Source: Ignavibacteriae bacterium HGW-Ignavibacteriae-1
Lineage (GTDB): Bacteria; Bacteroidota; Ignavibacteria; Kapaibacteriales; UBA2268
Assembly (NCBI GenBank): GCA_002839825.1
Contig: PGYU01000007.1
Span: 27,165-91,164 of the forward strand
Reading direction: 5' to 3'
Length of the DNA: 64,000 nucleotides
Shown piece by piece: positions 21,489 through 29,568 of this stretch (positions are counted from its first letter, which is position 1; each line of letters begins with the position of its first letter). Made by a program: the position numbers and the translations under genes. The notes under the pieces are model-generated. The model saw only the letters and a list, made by a program, of their open reading frames with translations. It was not told the DNA's origin and made no database searches.

Positions 21489-21650
21489 CAATGATTGATT
21501 TGCTCAATGAGCTTTATTGATGCTCATTGAGTTGCAAAAAAAGGATGAATATTTTTACATATTTTTCCAATCAAAGTACAACTTTATCGTATAATATTTA
21601 TATTAGTATTTTGAAAAATGATAGAAGTTAAATACTTTTTGAGGTGATTT

Positions 21651-22499
21651 ATGATTAAGAGAATTCTTTTGCCTTTAGATGACTCAGAATATAGCAAGAA
21701 GGCGCTCGAACTTGCGATTTGGCTTGCCAAATATCACGATGCAGAATTGACCGGCATGGTAATCTTAGATGTGCCGGGCATCAGACATTCATTTGGTTCG
21801 ATTCCGCTGGGAGCAACGTATTACACCAAATTGTTGAGCGATACGCGTTTGGCAACTGCAAAAGAACGCATTAACGGGCTAATTCATAATTTTAATGCAG
21901 AGTGTGAAAAGCACGCCGTTCGTTACGCTAACTACAAAATCGAAGGCGTCCCGAGTGATGCCATTCTCGACGCATCTAAATATTACGATGTGATGATAGT
22001 CGGCAAACGGACATTCTTTGAGTTTGATAGCGAGGAAACCGATGGGCTGTCTTTCGAAAAGCTCTTGGATTACTCGATTACACCTGTGATTGCAGTCCCT
22101 AAGGAGCTAAATTTGGAAAAACATACCAAAGAAGAGCGCAAATATCTAATAATGTTCGATGCAAGTATTCCTTCATGTCGTGCCTTGCAAAGATTTGCTC
22201 AAATGGCTGCGACGGGCAATATCGAACTCAAAATCTTTATGTCACATGATGACGAAGACTACCGTAATCACGAGTTAAATCAAGCAAAAGAACTGCTCAA
22301 TGCTCATGGTTTCGAGAATGTTACAACCGAAGGTTCGGACATTGACATCAAGAAGCTGTTCACACCGGAAGAAATGAAGAAATATGACGGTGTAGTGCTG
22401 GGTTCCAATTCAAAAAGCACAATCGCTACCTTTTTCACCGGCAGCTTCACTCGTTACGTTATCGAAAACAGCAAGAGAGTTGTATTCGTAGGGCAGTAG
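21651..22499 (+). CDS. Universal stress protein (tandem USP)
   Basis: KRILLPLDDSEYS..A; FFTGSFT in the second domain. Confidence 0.9.
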   Translation: MIKRILLPLDDSEYSKKALELAIWLAKYHDAELTGMVILDVPGIRHSFGSIPLGATYYTKLLSDTRLATAKERINGLIHNFNAECEKHAVRYANYKIEGVPSDAILDASKYYDVMIVGKRTFFEFDSEETDGLSFEKLLDYSITPVIAVPKELNLEKHTKEERKYLIMFDASIPSCRALQRFAQMAATGNIELKIFMSHDDEDYRNHELNQAKELLNAHGFENVTTEGSDIDIKKLFTPEEMKKYDGVVLGSNSKSTIATFFTGSFTRYVIENSKRVVFVGQ

Positions 22500-22532
22500 T
22501 CAGAATTTTTGAAAATAGAAAAGAAGCTGTTA

Positions 22533-22612
22533 CCTCTCCAAAGGAGAGGGCGAAAGAAAAACAAAAATACCCCGAAAGCCTTTCCCCCTCTTGCAAGAGG
22601 GGGTTAGGGGGT
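22533..22612. repeat. Pair of REP-like GC-rich palindromes between convergent genes
   Basis: CCTCTCC-AAA-GGAGAGG (22533-22549) and CCCCCTCTTGCAAGAGGGGG-TTAGGGGG (from 22584). Confidence 0.6.
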
Positions 22613-22697
22613 GTTCGGTTTTTGTAAATTATCTGCGTGTTTTCTGTCAACATATTTTAGGACTGTGCAATATTCCAAAAAATATGTTGATTCGACA

Positions 22698-23768
22698 CTA
22701 AATTATTTTTTTGTCTATGTACTTTGAATTGATAATTCGCAAAGTACCCATGTAATCCATCTTGAATTGCAGGAAATCGCCAACTTTGTACTTATTTTCG
22801 TTGTCGCCAAGGTCAATCACCAACATATCCGAGCTTGCACCAACAAAACTCATATCGGGATCAATCGGAGTAATGTGCCGTTCATCAACATCGAGTAAAC
22901 CAATGTCAATAATTGCTCGATAGGACTTTTGCCCCACCAAATCTTGGTTAAATTCAAAGCTGTGCCCGTCAACATTTGTCCCGAAATCACCCATCGGCAC
23001 AACCGGTTTCTCGATTAATTCGATAATTTCGGCATAAAGTCTGAACACGTCTGTGTCCATCTTACTCAGTGGCTTGTCGTTATAGACATCAGTCCCAAGG
23101 AACAAGGTTTCGCCAACGCGAAAGTGATTGATTCCTTTGGGCAGCAATTTCTGAAAAATCAACGGTATTGTAACTGATGAGCCTCCCGACACAAATGGCA
23201 ATGCTCGGTTGAATTTTGCTTCAATCAACTGCTTGTACAAACTGAGCTGAATCAGCTTGTCGGGATTTGGCAGCACGCCGTACAAACAGGATAAATTGGT
23301 GCCGATTCCGACAACTTCGATATTTTTGAGCTTGAATACATTTGAATAGAAGTTTACAAAATCATCGCCCATGACGCCTTCACGAAGCTCGCCAAGCTCA
23401 ATCATGATTATGATTTTATGCTTTTTTTGCTGCTTTTGTGCTTCTGCGGATAACAAACGTATGGTTTCAATCTGAGTGTTCATGCTGATGTCAGCATATT
23501 TGATGACGCTACTTACAACGTTGCTTGCCGGAGGCTTGATGTAAACAGTTTCAATTTCGGGATTGATAGATTTTACCATTCTCAGATTTGAGATTCGTGA
23601 ATCGCAAACCTGCTTGATATCCAACTTCAATAATTCAGCAAGATAATCTTTATTACCGCATAGCATCTTAGTCACCACAGACCATTGTATGCCGTGCTTC
23701 TTGAATAATTTTTCGAGATAATCGAAATTATATTTCAACTTTTTAGAATCTAAAGTAACATAAGCCAT
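22698..23768 (-). CDS. Alanine/ornithine racemase family PLP-dependent enzyme
   Basis: VVTK (PLP Lys), DSR, ELGELREG, GIGTNLSC, SGGSS, RVGE, GASSDM. Confidence 0.88.
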   Translation of the reverse strand: MAYVTLDSKKLKYNFDYLEKLFKKHGIQWSVVTKMLCGNKDYLAELLKLDIKQVCDSRISNLRMVKSINPEIETVYIKPPASNVVSSVIKYADISMNTQIETIRLLSAEAQKQQKKHKIIIMIELGELREGVMGDDFVNFYSNVFKLKNIEVVGIGTNLSCLYGVLPNPDKLIQLSLYKQLIEAKFNRALPFVSGGSSVTIPLIFQKLLPKGINHFRVGETLFLGTDVYNDKPLSKMDTDVFRLYAEIIELIEKPVVPMGDFGTNVDGHSFEFNQDLVGQKSYRAIIDIGLLDVDERHITPIDPDMSFVGASSDMLVIDLGDNENKYKVGDFLQFKMDYMGTLRIINSKYIDKKII

Positions 23769-23769
23769 T

Positions 23770-24210
23770 TTATTTTATCAGTCTCATTTCTAAATATTTA
23801 CTCGTAAACCCAAGCTTTTCATAGAGATACCTTGCAGGGTTTTCCGGTTCGACATGTAGCGCTATATTGCCGTTTGCCGCATTGATTGCTTTTGTCATCA
23901 ATTCCTTGCCGACACCCTTGCCGCGCATGTTTTTGTGCGTAGCGATATAAACGAGAATATTTTCGGGAATATAACCCTCCATGCCTGTTTCGTTTACAAC
24001 GACCGCACATGACATTTCTGCGCCGTGGTGGCTCACCATAACAAATCCACCCGGAGATTGGCTCTCTTTGATAGCATAATTGATAGCTTTTTCGATATCC
24101 TCTTTCTTGTCACCGAATTGGTCTAAATTGTGAAACAAGAAATCAACAATTTCTTGCTTTTCAGCCACTGATGGCTTCTTTTCGGAGTTAAATAATTTCG
24201 TTTCTGTCAT
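23770..24210 (-). CDS. GNAT acetyltransferase
   Basis: RGKGVGKELM; NPARYLYEKLGF. Confidence 0.9.
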   Translation of the reverse strand: MTETKLFNSEKKPSVAEKQEIVDFLFHNLDQFGDKKEDIEKAINYAIKESQSPGGFVMVSHHGAEMSCAVVVNETGMEGYIPENILVYIATHKNMRGKGVGKELMTKAINAANGNIALHVEPENPARYLYEKLGFTSKYLEMRLIK

Positions 24211-24454
24211 AATAAATTTTCTCTCAAATTAATAATATTATCTAAACAAATAGCATATAATATAATTTCCGACACTAATAAAAAAATATTAATATCAAAA
24301 TTATGTATATGAAAATGAATAGATTACTAAAATACGCATAATAATTGGATTAACCAAATAATTCACGAATAATCACCATAATTATCCCTATTTATTGGGG
24401 ATTTTCAGGGATATTATGATAATTATTTATGAAATATTATCAATAAATATTTTC

Positions 24455-24814
24455 TTAAATTCGCTCCAAATTCTCCCTTGTGAATTCGCCTTTGGTGTCA
24501 CCTGTGTTGAGCGTGGTCGCAGGCTCGAACAACATTAAGGCAACCTCTTTCTCCGCAACCGGGCGATGCTCGATTCCACGCAGTACAATCAGGAATTCAT
24601 CCTTTTTGATTGTCACAGTCTTGTCGCGAAACTCCATCTTCAGCTCTCCGTCGAGTACGTAGAAGAGCTCGTCCTCATTTTCGTGCTTGTGCCAGACGAA
24701 TTCGCCTAATAGCTTTGCGAGCTTGACATGTTGCCCGTTCAATTCTCCAACGATTCGCGGATTGTAATAATCGCCAAACATCGCAAGTTTTTCAGATATA
24801 TTTACTTTTTCCAT
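24455..24814 (-). CDS. Cupin domain protein
   Basis: GEFVWHKHENEDELF..GIEHRP; ATG 24814 follows GGAG. Confidence 0.9.
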   Translation of the reverse strand: MEKVNISEKLAMFGDYYNPRIVGELNGQHVKLAKLLGEFVWHKHENEDELFYVLDGELKMEFRDKTVTIKKDEFLIVLRGIEHRPVAEKEVALMLFEPATTLNTGDTKGEFTRENLERI

Positions 24815-24897
24815 ACTATTCTCCAAAATTATTCAATATTGCTAAATCAAAAATGCAATATAAGGGATTATCGCAAAACGAGAGAAATATATAAAAG

Positions 24898-24923
24898 AAA
24901 GGAGAGCATTTGCCCTCCTTTTT
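24898..24923. terminator. Hairpin downstream of the sigma/anti-sigma operon
   Basis: AAAGGAGAGCA-TT-TGCCCTCCTTT with A/T flanks. Confidence 0.5.
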
Positions 24924-24952
24924 GTGGTTATTATCATGAATTATTAGCAATA

Positions 24953-26554
24953 TTACTCAATTACAATTCTTTGCAAAGTCTGCTCTCCGTAATGCGTTTG
25001 GGCTACGAGCAAATACATTCCGGGCGTTAATTTATTCAAATTGAAATTTTCGCGAAACTCGCCTTTGCGAATTAGAGTTTCCGGCGATAGCGTCATTAAT
25101 AATTTCCCTGTAAGGTCATGAATCGAAAGTTTCACTTTTCTATCCTCTTTCAGTTGGAAATTGACAGAAACCGGACCGTTTGTAGGATTTGGGTACACTA
25201 ACATGTTTTCGATTGCTCCACTACACGAGCGCCAAACGTCCATTATAGTTTCCGAGCCTGTTTCGGGAGCCGCTTTGCAAATATCTTCGCTGCTGTTAAT
25301 CGCTGCAATCTCGGCTTGGAGACGCGATTTGATGTTTTCCGGCACAACTTTAAGAAGTTCATCCGTGGGTTCAAACCAGAAGATTAAGTCTGCGCCGCCA
25401 TCCGGAACATCGAATCGGACAGGAATTAATTTGTTGACAGTCAATTCTGTCATCATTTTGATGCGTTTATTAATATGAGGAAAATGCTCTATGGGAATCG
25501 TAATTTTCTCATTTAATTTAGTATTGGGCCACATAAATAGGATTTGGTCTATTTTGGTAGTATCTAAGGGATCAAATTCGCTATCTATACGTTTAATTTT
25601 GATTTTTTGTTCTACTTTTCGGTCATTTTCAGAATCATCAAAATCAATTTGAATTCTCTTAGATTTGAAACGTAATGAATCTACATCACTATTATTCATG
25701 GAATTATTCAATAAGAAAGATAATTTATTCCTATCCACTTTGAATTTACCAGAATTATCTGTATCACTAGATTGTGATAAGAATGAATCAATTTGTGCAG
25801 GAGACAACTGATTTAAAATATCTATATCTAAAGTTGTATTTTCTTCAATTGTTTCTGTATATAGTACTTGATTCGGTTTGTTCTCGCTTCCTTCGGGATT
25901 ATTTTTATTAGTCATAAACGCTATTTTTACATTTCCATTGGCAGAAGTAATAAGCTTAGGAACTAATTTATGGTCAGTATCAGAAGACTCCGAATTAGAA
26001 AGAAACTGTGTTTTCATATTCGGAGCTATCGAAACTTTCATATTACCACTTGTAACTTCATAATTATTCGTTTTCGAGTTGAATTTAATATTATATAAAT
26101 CTAAATAATCATTCGGCAAAGTAATGGTATTTATTCCGCTTATTTTGTCTGATGAGTTGGGCACATCGACTTTATCATCTACATTGTAAGTATTCATAGC
26201 GACATCATCTGGCTTAAAATTGCGTTTATTGATGTCTTTATCGCCATCGTCTGGTAGTATTTCTTTGACATTGGGGGTGGATTTTGCTGTTGATATTTCA
26301 ACTGAAGTTTGCTTATTTTCGGGCACTTGTTTATCAGAATCAATTACATTAAATAGTACCAATCCTGATATTACAAGAGCCGCCATTGAACTTAAAATAG
26401 TCATTTTATTTGCTCCGTAATTAAAAATACCTGTACTCACCGGATTTACGGTACTTGCGCTAATGAGTTCGCGAACCTCATTATCCTTCAAAACCGGCTC
26501 CAGATTTCGAGCTTTATCAAAAATATTATCAATATTTGTATAATTATTATTCAT
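24953..26554 (-). CDS. Putative anti-sigma factor: short N-terminal domain, single TM, periplasmic region, T9SS-type CTD
   Basis: Directly follows the ECF gene; TM at about aa 52-70; C-terminal VYPNP..HDLTGK..GMYLL..QRIVIE. Confidence 0.7.
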   Translation of the reverse strand: MNNNYTNIDNIFDKARNLEPVLKDNEVRELISASTVNPVSTGIFNYGANKMTILSSMAALVISGLVLFNVIDSDKQVPENKQTSVEISTAKSTPNVKEILPDDGDKDINKRNFKPDDVAMNTYNVDDKVDVPNSSDKISGINTITLPNDYLDLYNIKFNSKTNNYEVTSGNMKVSIAPNMKTQFLSNSESSDTDHKLVPKLITSANGNVKIAFMTNKNNPEGSENKPNQVLYTETIEENTTLDIDILNQLSPAQIDSFLSQSSDTDNSGKFKVDRNKLSFLLNNSMNNSDVDSLRFKSKRIQIDFDDSENDRKVEQKIKIKRIDSEFDPLDTTKIDQILFMWPNTKLNEKITIPIEHFPHINKRIKMMTELTVNKLIPVRFDVPDGGADLIFWFEPTDELLKVVPENIKSRLQAEIAAINSSEDICKAAPETGSETIMDVWRSCSGAIENMLVYPNPTNGPVSVNFQLKEDRKVKLSIHDLTGKLLMTLSPETLIRKGEFRENFNLNKLTPGMYLLVAQTHYGEQTLQRIVIE

Positions 26555-26555
26555 A

Positions 26556-27164
26556 TTATATACCTATTTTCATTAATTTATCATTATTTTTTGAAAATTC
26601 ACTTCGTTCTGCAGAGTAATTATTGTTCATTTTATGTGTAATTTTATCATTCATCAATTCGCTTAATTTCTCCCGACCTCTTTTCAATCTGGATTTTACT
26701 CCCGAAATTGTTCCGCCTTGAATCTCTTTGATTTCTTCGATTGAAAATCCCGAAATTTCGTACAAAATGATTGCTTCTTTCATTTTTTCAGGTAATTTGT
26801 CCAAAGTGTCGTAAAGCACTTTTATATCGTGAGAAATATCGGGCATCGGGTCGTGAGCTATCAAATTATCCAAAGCCATATCATCTAATTCCTCGAAATT
26901 CTTCATTTTTGACTTACGCTTACGATGCAATCTGACCGCTATGGTAAAGATATAACTGCTGAAAGCCTCTTTGTTCTTAATCTTGTCAAAGTTTTCGTAC
27001 GCAGCCAACACGGTATCGCTAACCAAGTCACGCGCATTCTCGGTATTGCGAGTGATTGCTCTCGCAAAACCCGAGAGTTTGAATTTCACTCGGTCATAAT
27101 AAATCATGAACTCATTTTGTTTACTATCTTTCAAATCAATTTCCAAATTTTGTTCTCTACTCAT
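26556..27164 (-). CDS. ECF sigma-70 factor
   Basis: Region 2 ARDLVSDTVL..FSSYIFTIA; region 4 LP..EAIIL..GFS..EI..GVKSRLKRGR. Confidence 0.93.
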   Translation of the reverse strand: MSREQNLEIDLKDSKQNEFMIYYDRVKFKLSGFARAITRNTENARDLVSDTVLAAYENFDKIKNKEAFSSYIFTIAVRLHRKRKSKMKNFEELDDMALDNLIAHDPMPDISHDIKVLYDTLDKLPEKMKEAIILYEISGFSIEEIKEIQGGTISGVKSRLKRGREKLSELMNDKITHKMNNNYSAERSEFSKNNDKLMKIGI

Positions 27165-27167
27165 AAT

Positions 27168-27197
27168 ATAAGTGCTACAAATTCTAAAAAAGTTTCA
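27168..27197 (-). promoter_or_regulatory. Putative ECF promoter TGAAAC-N17-CACTTAT, probably leaderless
   Basis: Minus strand TGAAACTTTTTTAGAATTTGTAGCACTTAT-ATT-ATG. Confidence 0.6.
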
Positions 27198-27352
27198 TCT
27201 GATAAGTAAAATACTCAAAATATTTTTACTAAGAGCTATTCCAATGAATTAGAATCCTGTTACCATTCATAAAATGATTAGACTCATTTCTTCAAAACAA
27301 ATTTTTCAAATTTTCTTTCAATATAAAATATTTTTCGCTGCACTCTAATAAT

Positions 27353-27382
27353 ATAAGTGGTGCAATTCCGTAAAAAGTTTCA
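27353..27382 (-). promoter_or_regulatory. Second copy of the putative ECF promoter
   Basis: Minus strand TGAAACTTTTTACGGAATTGCACCACTTAT, same 17-nt spacer. Confidence 0.55.
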
Positions 27383-27410
27383 TGAAAGTTTATAATTTAA
27401 TAAAGTTAAT

Positions 27411-28286
27411 ATGAAATTTACAAAATACGCTTTTTTCACAATGATTTTAGCTTTCGTAGCTTGTTCGTCTGTAGATTCGGCTCCGAAGAAGAAGAATTTG
27501 CTTTGGAAGGTTGAGTCAGGCGGCAATGTCGTCTATTTGCTTGGCTCGATTCACATCGCCGATGAGAGCTTGTACCCCTTGGATACAGTAATAATCGAAT
27601 CTTTCGAGGAATGTGAATATCTCGTGCTGGAGCTCGACCCAAGTGCCCATAGTGCATTCGACATTTACAAATATATGTCCTACGAAGGCGATACCTTGCT
27701 GAAGAATATGATTACAGCCGACCAATACGCCAAAATCAAAGAATATATGGATAAGCATAATGTGCCCGAGATGGCTTTCGGGAGCTTCAAACCTTGGGCA
27801 GCTGTGATGACGCTGCAATCTTTGGAAATGTTGAGCAGCGGCTTTTCCCAACACGAAGGGATTGACTTGCACTTCCTCGAAAGAGCCAAATCATCCGGCA
27901 AAATGGTGAAAGAGCTAGAATCATTAGAATTTCAAATGTCAATGATGAATAAATTGAACGATTATACGGGCGAGTATTTGGATTATACATTAGCCGAGCT
28001 TGATGATACCAAAAAGTATGTAGATGAGTTGCTTGACGCATGGAAACAAGGCGATTCGGATAAGATTTACAATATTTCGCAAGAAGGCAATCAGCATGAG
28101 GGATTTGACGAAGTGATGGAAGATTTGAATTACTCGAGAAATGTCACTATGACTCAGAAAGTTGAAGAATATATCGCAACAGGAGAGAAGCATTTCATCG
28201 TCGTTGGCTCGCTGCATTTATTAGGTGAACGTGGAATAGTACAGCTTTTAGAAAGCAAAAATATATATAAAATTAAACAATTATAG
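27411..28286 (+). CDS. TraB/GumN family protein
   Basis: LLWKV..YLLGSIH, GID, LE..Q, RN..M, VVGSLHL.G. Confidence 0.9.
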   Translation: MKFTKYAFFTMILAFVACSSVDSAPKKKNLLWKVESGGNVVYLLGSIHIADESLYPLDTVIIESFEECEYLVLELDPSAHSAFDIYKYMSYEGDTLLKNMITADQYAKIKEYMDKHNVPEMAFGSFKPWAAVMTLQSLEMLSSGFSQHEGIDLHFLERAKSSGKMVKELESLEFQMSMMNKLNDYTGEYLDYTLAELDDTKKYVDELLDAWKQGDSDKIYNISQEGNQHEGFDEVMEDLNYSRNVTMTQKVEEYIATGEKHFIVVGSLHLLGERGIVQLLESKNIYKIKQL

Positions 28287-28299
28287 GAAGAGTCATTAA

Positions 28300-29070
28300 A
28301 TGTTAAAAAACAAAATCACTTTAATCACCGGTGCATCAGCCGGAATTGGTAAAGCGTGTGCGGAAGTATTCGCAGAAGCAGGCTCGGACCTGATATTAGT
28401 TGCCCGAAGAATTGAATTGGCAGAAGATTTGGCAAGCAAGTTAAGTGAAAAATATGGCGTTGACTGCATCGCCATCCAACTTGATGTCCGAAATTACGAC
28501 GAAGTTGCTGACCAACTCGGGAATTTGCCCGAAAAAAGGCAGAACGTGGACATTTTAATCAATAATGCCGGATTAGCGCGCGGATTAGATAAAATTCAAG
28601 ATGGCAGCCTTGATGATTGGGAAGAAATGATTGACACTAATGTAAAGGGTTTGCTCTATGTGTCGAAATTGATTTTGCCCGGAATGGTAGCACGCGACAG
28701 CGGGATGGTAATCAATATTGGCTCGATTGCGGGCAGAGAAGTCTATCCCAAAGGCAATGTTTACTGTGCCACAAAACACGCTGTCAGAGCGATTTCCCAA
28801 TCAATGGTAATAGACCTCAACGGTACAAATGTCCGCACTTGCAACTTAGATCCGGGAATGGTCGAAACCGAATTTTCGCTCGTCCGATTTCGCGGAGATG
28901 CACCAAAAGCGGAGCAAGTTTACAAAAGTTTCAAACCATTAAGTGGGGAGGACGTTGCCCAAATTGCACTGTTTGCAGCCAGCAGACCGCCACATGTCAA
29001 CATTCAGGACATCATGGTGACAGCGATATCGCAAGCGAGCGCCCAAATAGTAAATCGTACAGGCGTCTAA
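28300..29070 (+). CDS. SDR oxidoreductase, YdfG-like
   Basis: TGASAGIG, NNAGLA, YCATK, PGMVETEFS. Confidence 0.92.
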   Translation: MLKNKITLITGASAGIGKACAEVFAEAGSDLILVARRIELAEDLASKLSEKYGVDCIAIQLDVRNYDEVADQLGNLPEKRQNVDILINNAGLARGLDKIQDGSLDDWEEMIDTNVKGLLYVSKLILPGMVARDSGMVINIGSIAGREVYPKGNVYCATKHAVRAISQSMVIDLNGTNVRTCNLDPGMVETEFSLVRFRGDAPKAEQVYKSFKPLSGEDVAQIALFAASRPPHVNIQDIMVTAISQASAQIVNRTGV

Positions 29071-29144
29071 AAATTTCATTTGGAAATAACAAAATTTTGT
29101 TATATTTTTGCTAACTGCATTTAAGCCAATGTTTCTTTAGAAAC

Positions 29145-29234
29145 GGAGAGGTGGCAGAGAGGCTGAATGCACCGGTTTGCTAAACCGACGTAGTGGTACA
29201 ACCGCTACCGAGGGTTCGAATCCCTCCCTCTCCG
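29145..29234 (+). tRNA. tRNA-Ser(GCT)
   Basis: GGAGAGG acceptor stem, anticodon loop TTGCTAA, long variable arm, GGTTCGAATCC T-arm; CCA not encoded. Confidence 0.95.
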
Positions 29235-29248
29235 CTGAGTGAAATCAT

Positions 29249-29287
29249 AAGCCCTTGTAATATACAATGTTACGAGGGCTTGTTTTT
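29249..29287 (+). terminator. Long hairpin plus T-run after tRNA-Ser
   Basis: AAGCCCTTGTAA...TTACGAGGGCTT followed by GTTTTTT. Confidence 0.6.
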
Positions 29288-29330
29288 TGTTTCCAACATA
29301 TTACCAAAAGAATGCCAAACCGTCATTTTT

Positions 29331-29361
29331 GTCCCGTCAGGTGTTACACCTGACGGGAGGA
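29331..29361 (+). repeat. REP-like palindrome family A, copy 1
   Basis: GTCCCGTCAGGTGTTACACCTGACGGGAGGA, identical to 33394-33424. Confidence 0.85.
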
Positions 29362-29568
29362 TACAGTGTTGTTTAAATGAATTAATATTTTTAAATAACT
29401 TAAGTTATGTAAAATAATGAATCTACAAAATCTGATAATTTTATAATTTAATTCAAATTTCTCTTGTTTATATCCAAAAGTTTACTATTTTTAAAACATC
29501 TAATTTATTAATATGTAGACAATTATACGTTCTTTGATTTTAATAAATTTCAAATAGGGAGTCTAAGT

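Noticed and set aside
29193-29417. 74-aa ORF
   Set aside because: It overlaps tRNA-Ser, its terminator and a REP-like palindrome.
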